Shown here: piece by piece, positions 14,472 through 16,260 of the stretch
How positions within the stretch are numbered: position 1 is the stretch's first letter
Layout of the letters: each line of letters starts with the position of its first letter
Position numbers and translations under genes: made by a program
Source of the DNA: Fibrobacteria bacterium
Lineage (GTDB): Bacteria > Fibrobacterota > Fibrobacteria > UBA11236
DNA: 16,260 nt
Direction: 5' to 3'
Assembly: GCA_041746255.1 (NCBI GenBank)
Contig: JBGTHM010000015.1
Coordinates: forward strand, 1-16,260
Notes under the pieces: generated by a model
The model's input: only the letters and a program-made list of their open reading frames with translations
Database searches by the model: none
What the model was told of the DNA's origin: nothing

Positions 14472-15726
14472 ACCACGCCGACAGGCCTTCGAGGTCTTCC
14501 TCGACGCAGCCGACCTTGGTCCACTTCAGAAGGTGGGGGCCCTATTCCGGCATGAGATCCGAACCGATTTGCCGGCATCCTTTGAATACGACGAAGCCTG
14601 GTTGCACGACGGCCGCGCATTTATGCTCGATCCCCGACTCGAGCTTTGGTCCGGAGAACAATATCCGCCGCCCGACACCGCTGCATTTGGGATTTTCATG
14701 GATTCCGCACCGGATCGCTGGGGACGCGTCCTCATGGAACGCCGCGAATCTATTCGTGCTCTACATGAGGGCCGTAAGGCCCGCACCTTGCAGGAACTGG
14801 ATTTCCTGCTTGGAGTCAATGACCTGACAAGAAGCGGTGCGCTTCGGTTCCGCGCCCCGGAAAGCGGAGTGTTCCTGGATGCATCTGGAACCCCTGCTCC
14901 TCCATTTACCAGCCTCCGGGAACTCGCAGATATCAGCAGGCGCATCGAATCGGCTGACTCCGAATCCCTGCCGGAATATGAAAAATGGCTTGCGATGCTG
15001 ATGGCGCCGGGCACTTCGTTGGGAGGGGCCCGACCCAAAGCGAATTTCACGGATGAATACGGGCGCCTTTGGCTTGCCAAGTTTCCTGCTCAGGAAGATC
15101 GCAATGACGTCGGAGCCTGGGAATTCCTGCTCAATAAGCTGGCTCGTCGCGCTGGTATACAGGTTCCGGAAGCCAGGCTGGAAGAGCTTTCACCGCGCTA
15201 CCGAACCTATTGTGCCGCCCGCTTCGATCGTCATGGTGACATACGTCGAATGTTCGCCTCGGCCATGACCTTATTGGAGCGACGTGATGGGAATCAAGAC
15301 TCGAGTTACTTGGATATGGCGCAATACGTTTCCGACCATGGCGTCGCCAATCACATCGGGGAAGATTTGGAGCAGCTTTTCCGGCGTGTCGTTTTCAATG
15401 TCATGGTCGGGAACCGGGACGACCACCTAAGGAACCATGCCTTCATCAGGGAGCTAGGCGGTTGGCGTCTCTCGCCCGCCTACGATGTGAATCCCGTCCC
15501 AGCAAAATCGCAACATGCCATCAGGCTGGACGAAAGCACGGCCGTTCCCGATTTAGACGTAGTACTGGAGACTTCAGGGTATTACCGGATAGAAAAATCA
15601 AAAGCTCGAAAAATCCTGGATGAGATCCAAGGTGTGGTTTCGACTTGGCGAACGGAGGCCAAAAAACTGGGTTTGTCCCGATTGGAAGTCGAATTGATGG
15701 GACCGGCTTTCGGAAACCCTCAATGA
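14458..15726 (+). CDS. hipA: HipA-family Ser/Thr kinase toxin, full length
   Basis: SFEYDEAWL, DSAPDRWGR, GALRF, GTSLGGARPK, WLAKFP, RFDR, GNRDDHLRNH, LSPAYD all intact. AAGGAGG at 14442-14448 favours ATG 14458. Confidence 0.95.
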   Translation: MPSPKPRRQAFEVFLDAADLGPLQKVGALFRHEIRTDLPASFEYDEAWLHDGRAFMLDPRLELWSGEQYPPPDTAAFGIFMDSAPDRWGRVLMERRESIRALHEGRKARTLQELDFLLGVNDLTRSGALRFRAPESGVFLDASGTPAPPFTSLRELADISRRIESADSESLPEYEKWLAMLMAPGTSLGGARPKANFTDEYGRLWLAKFPAQEDRNDVGAWEFLLNKLARRAGIQVPEARLEELSPRYRTYCAARFDRHGDIRRMFASAMTLLERRDGNQDSSYLDMAQYVSDHGVANHIGEDLEQLFRRVVFNVMVGNRDDHLRNHAFIRELGGWRLSPAYDVNPVPAKSQHAIRLDESTAVPDLDVVLETSGYYRIEKSKARKILDEIQGVVSTWRTEAKKLGLSRLEVELMGPAFGNPQ

Positions 15727-15792
15727 CCTGAGCCGGAGGAGTGGCAATTTTTCTCGAGCCCTCTCGTCTAAATTTGTAAATCTAGGGATGAC

Positions 15793-16260
15793 ATGTCCAC
15801 ATTTGTAATATTTGGCGGGCAACATTTAATCGCCAACATCATCATTTTGGTAGCGGCAATCGGCTTTCCCGTACTGGTTAAAAGGTATGCATCCAACCGG
15901 GTAAAAAATGTTTCGGCTATGTTAATGGGCGCCACCTTGGCTACCAGTAAAATTGCGGAGATGGCTTATGGCCTCAATCAAGGCTATCCATTCCAATACA
16001 TGTTACCCCTGCATCTTTGCGATGTAGCGGCCTTTACTACCGCCATCATGCTGTTCAACCGGAATTTCGTCCTATATGGCGTTTCCTATTTCTGGGCTTT
16101 GGCGGGCACCTTGCAGGCTCTGGTTACTCCCGCGCTTGATCAAGCTTATCCGCACCCGGATTTCCTGTTCTTTTTCGGAACCCATGGATTGGTTATTGTA
16201 GGAGTGGTGTTTGCCACCGTTGTTTTTCCCATGCGTCCTAGATCGAGATCCATTCTTCAT
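15793..16260 (+). CDS. YwaF/TIGR02206 (TMEM164-like) integral membrane protein, 5' part (runs off the window; not in the ORF track)
   Basis: Manual translation from ATG 15793: MSTFVIFGGQHL...MLPLHLCD...YFWALAGTLQALVTPAL...YPHPDFLFFFGTHG..., open for 156 codons to the edge; AGGGA upstream. Confidence 0.85.
   Translation, partial: MSTFVIFGGQHLIANIIILVAAIGFPVLVKRYASNRVKNVSAMLMGATLATSKIAEMAYGLNQGYPFQYMLPLHLCDVAAFTTAIMLFNRNFVLYGVSYFWALAGTLQALVTPALDQAYPHPDFLFFFGTHGLVIVGVVFATVVFPMRPRSRSILH

Larger units (their letters stand above)
5495..15726. mobile_element. Degraded genomic island / integration hotspot downstream of tRNA-Pro (right boundary not determined)
   Basis: Abrupt switch after the tRNA from housekeeping genes to IS remnant, gene fragments, three TA loci and cargo genes. 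Patchy composition (line 8041-8100 is 37/60 G+C, line 10321-10380 is 20/60). No integrase or duplicated tRNA 3' end seen in the window. Confidence 0.65.

Noticed and set aside
1..16260. CRISPR array, rRNA, integrase gene or attR duplicate of the tRNA 3' end
   Set aside because: No regularly spaced repeats, rRNA-like sequence, tyrosine or serine recombinase motifs, or second tRNA 3' copy were seen by eye.

Overview
Bacterial chromosomal window, possibly Fibrobacterota (a tentative inference from the style of the secreted protein and the long PPi-PFK; not provable here). The left third (1-5540) looks like core genome: a partial lipoprotein gene, a secreted protein with GH6-like acidic motifs, a degenerate SGNH-fold protein, a small Cys-motif protein, nrdR, PPi-dependent phosphofructokinase (pfp) and tRNA-Pro(GGG) with promoter and terminator. 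An accessory island starts right after the tRNA, with an att-arm-like segment (IHF consensus plus tandem GTTACCAA). A chain of joined gene fragments follows: IS3-family transposase 3' end, HPD J-domain fragment, internal relE fragment. Next are an intact PAS-GAF-PAS-PAS hybrid histidine kinase and a GIY-YIG-like fragment. Three toxin-antitoxin loci lie within about 5.4 kb: phd/yefM-relE, a hipBST-type triad whose kinase has Lys in place of the conserved catalytic-loop Asn, and an intact hipBA with an apparently leaderless promoter. The two hip loci bracket a tandem HupE/UreJ pair. The window ends inside a YwaF/TIGR02206 membrane protein gene. No integrase, attR copy, CRISPR array or rRNA is visible. 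All family calls come from motif recognition by eye, not from database searches.
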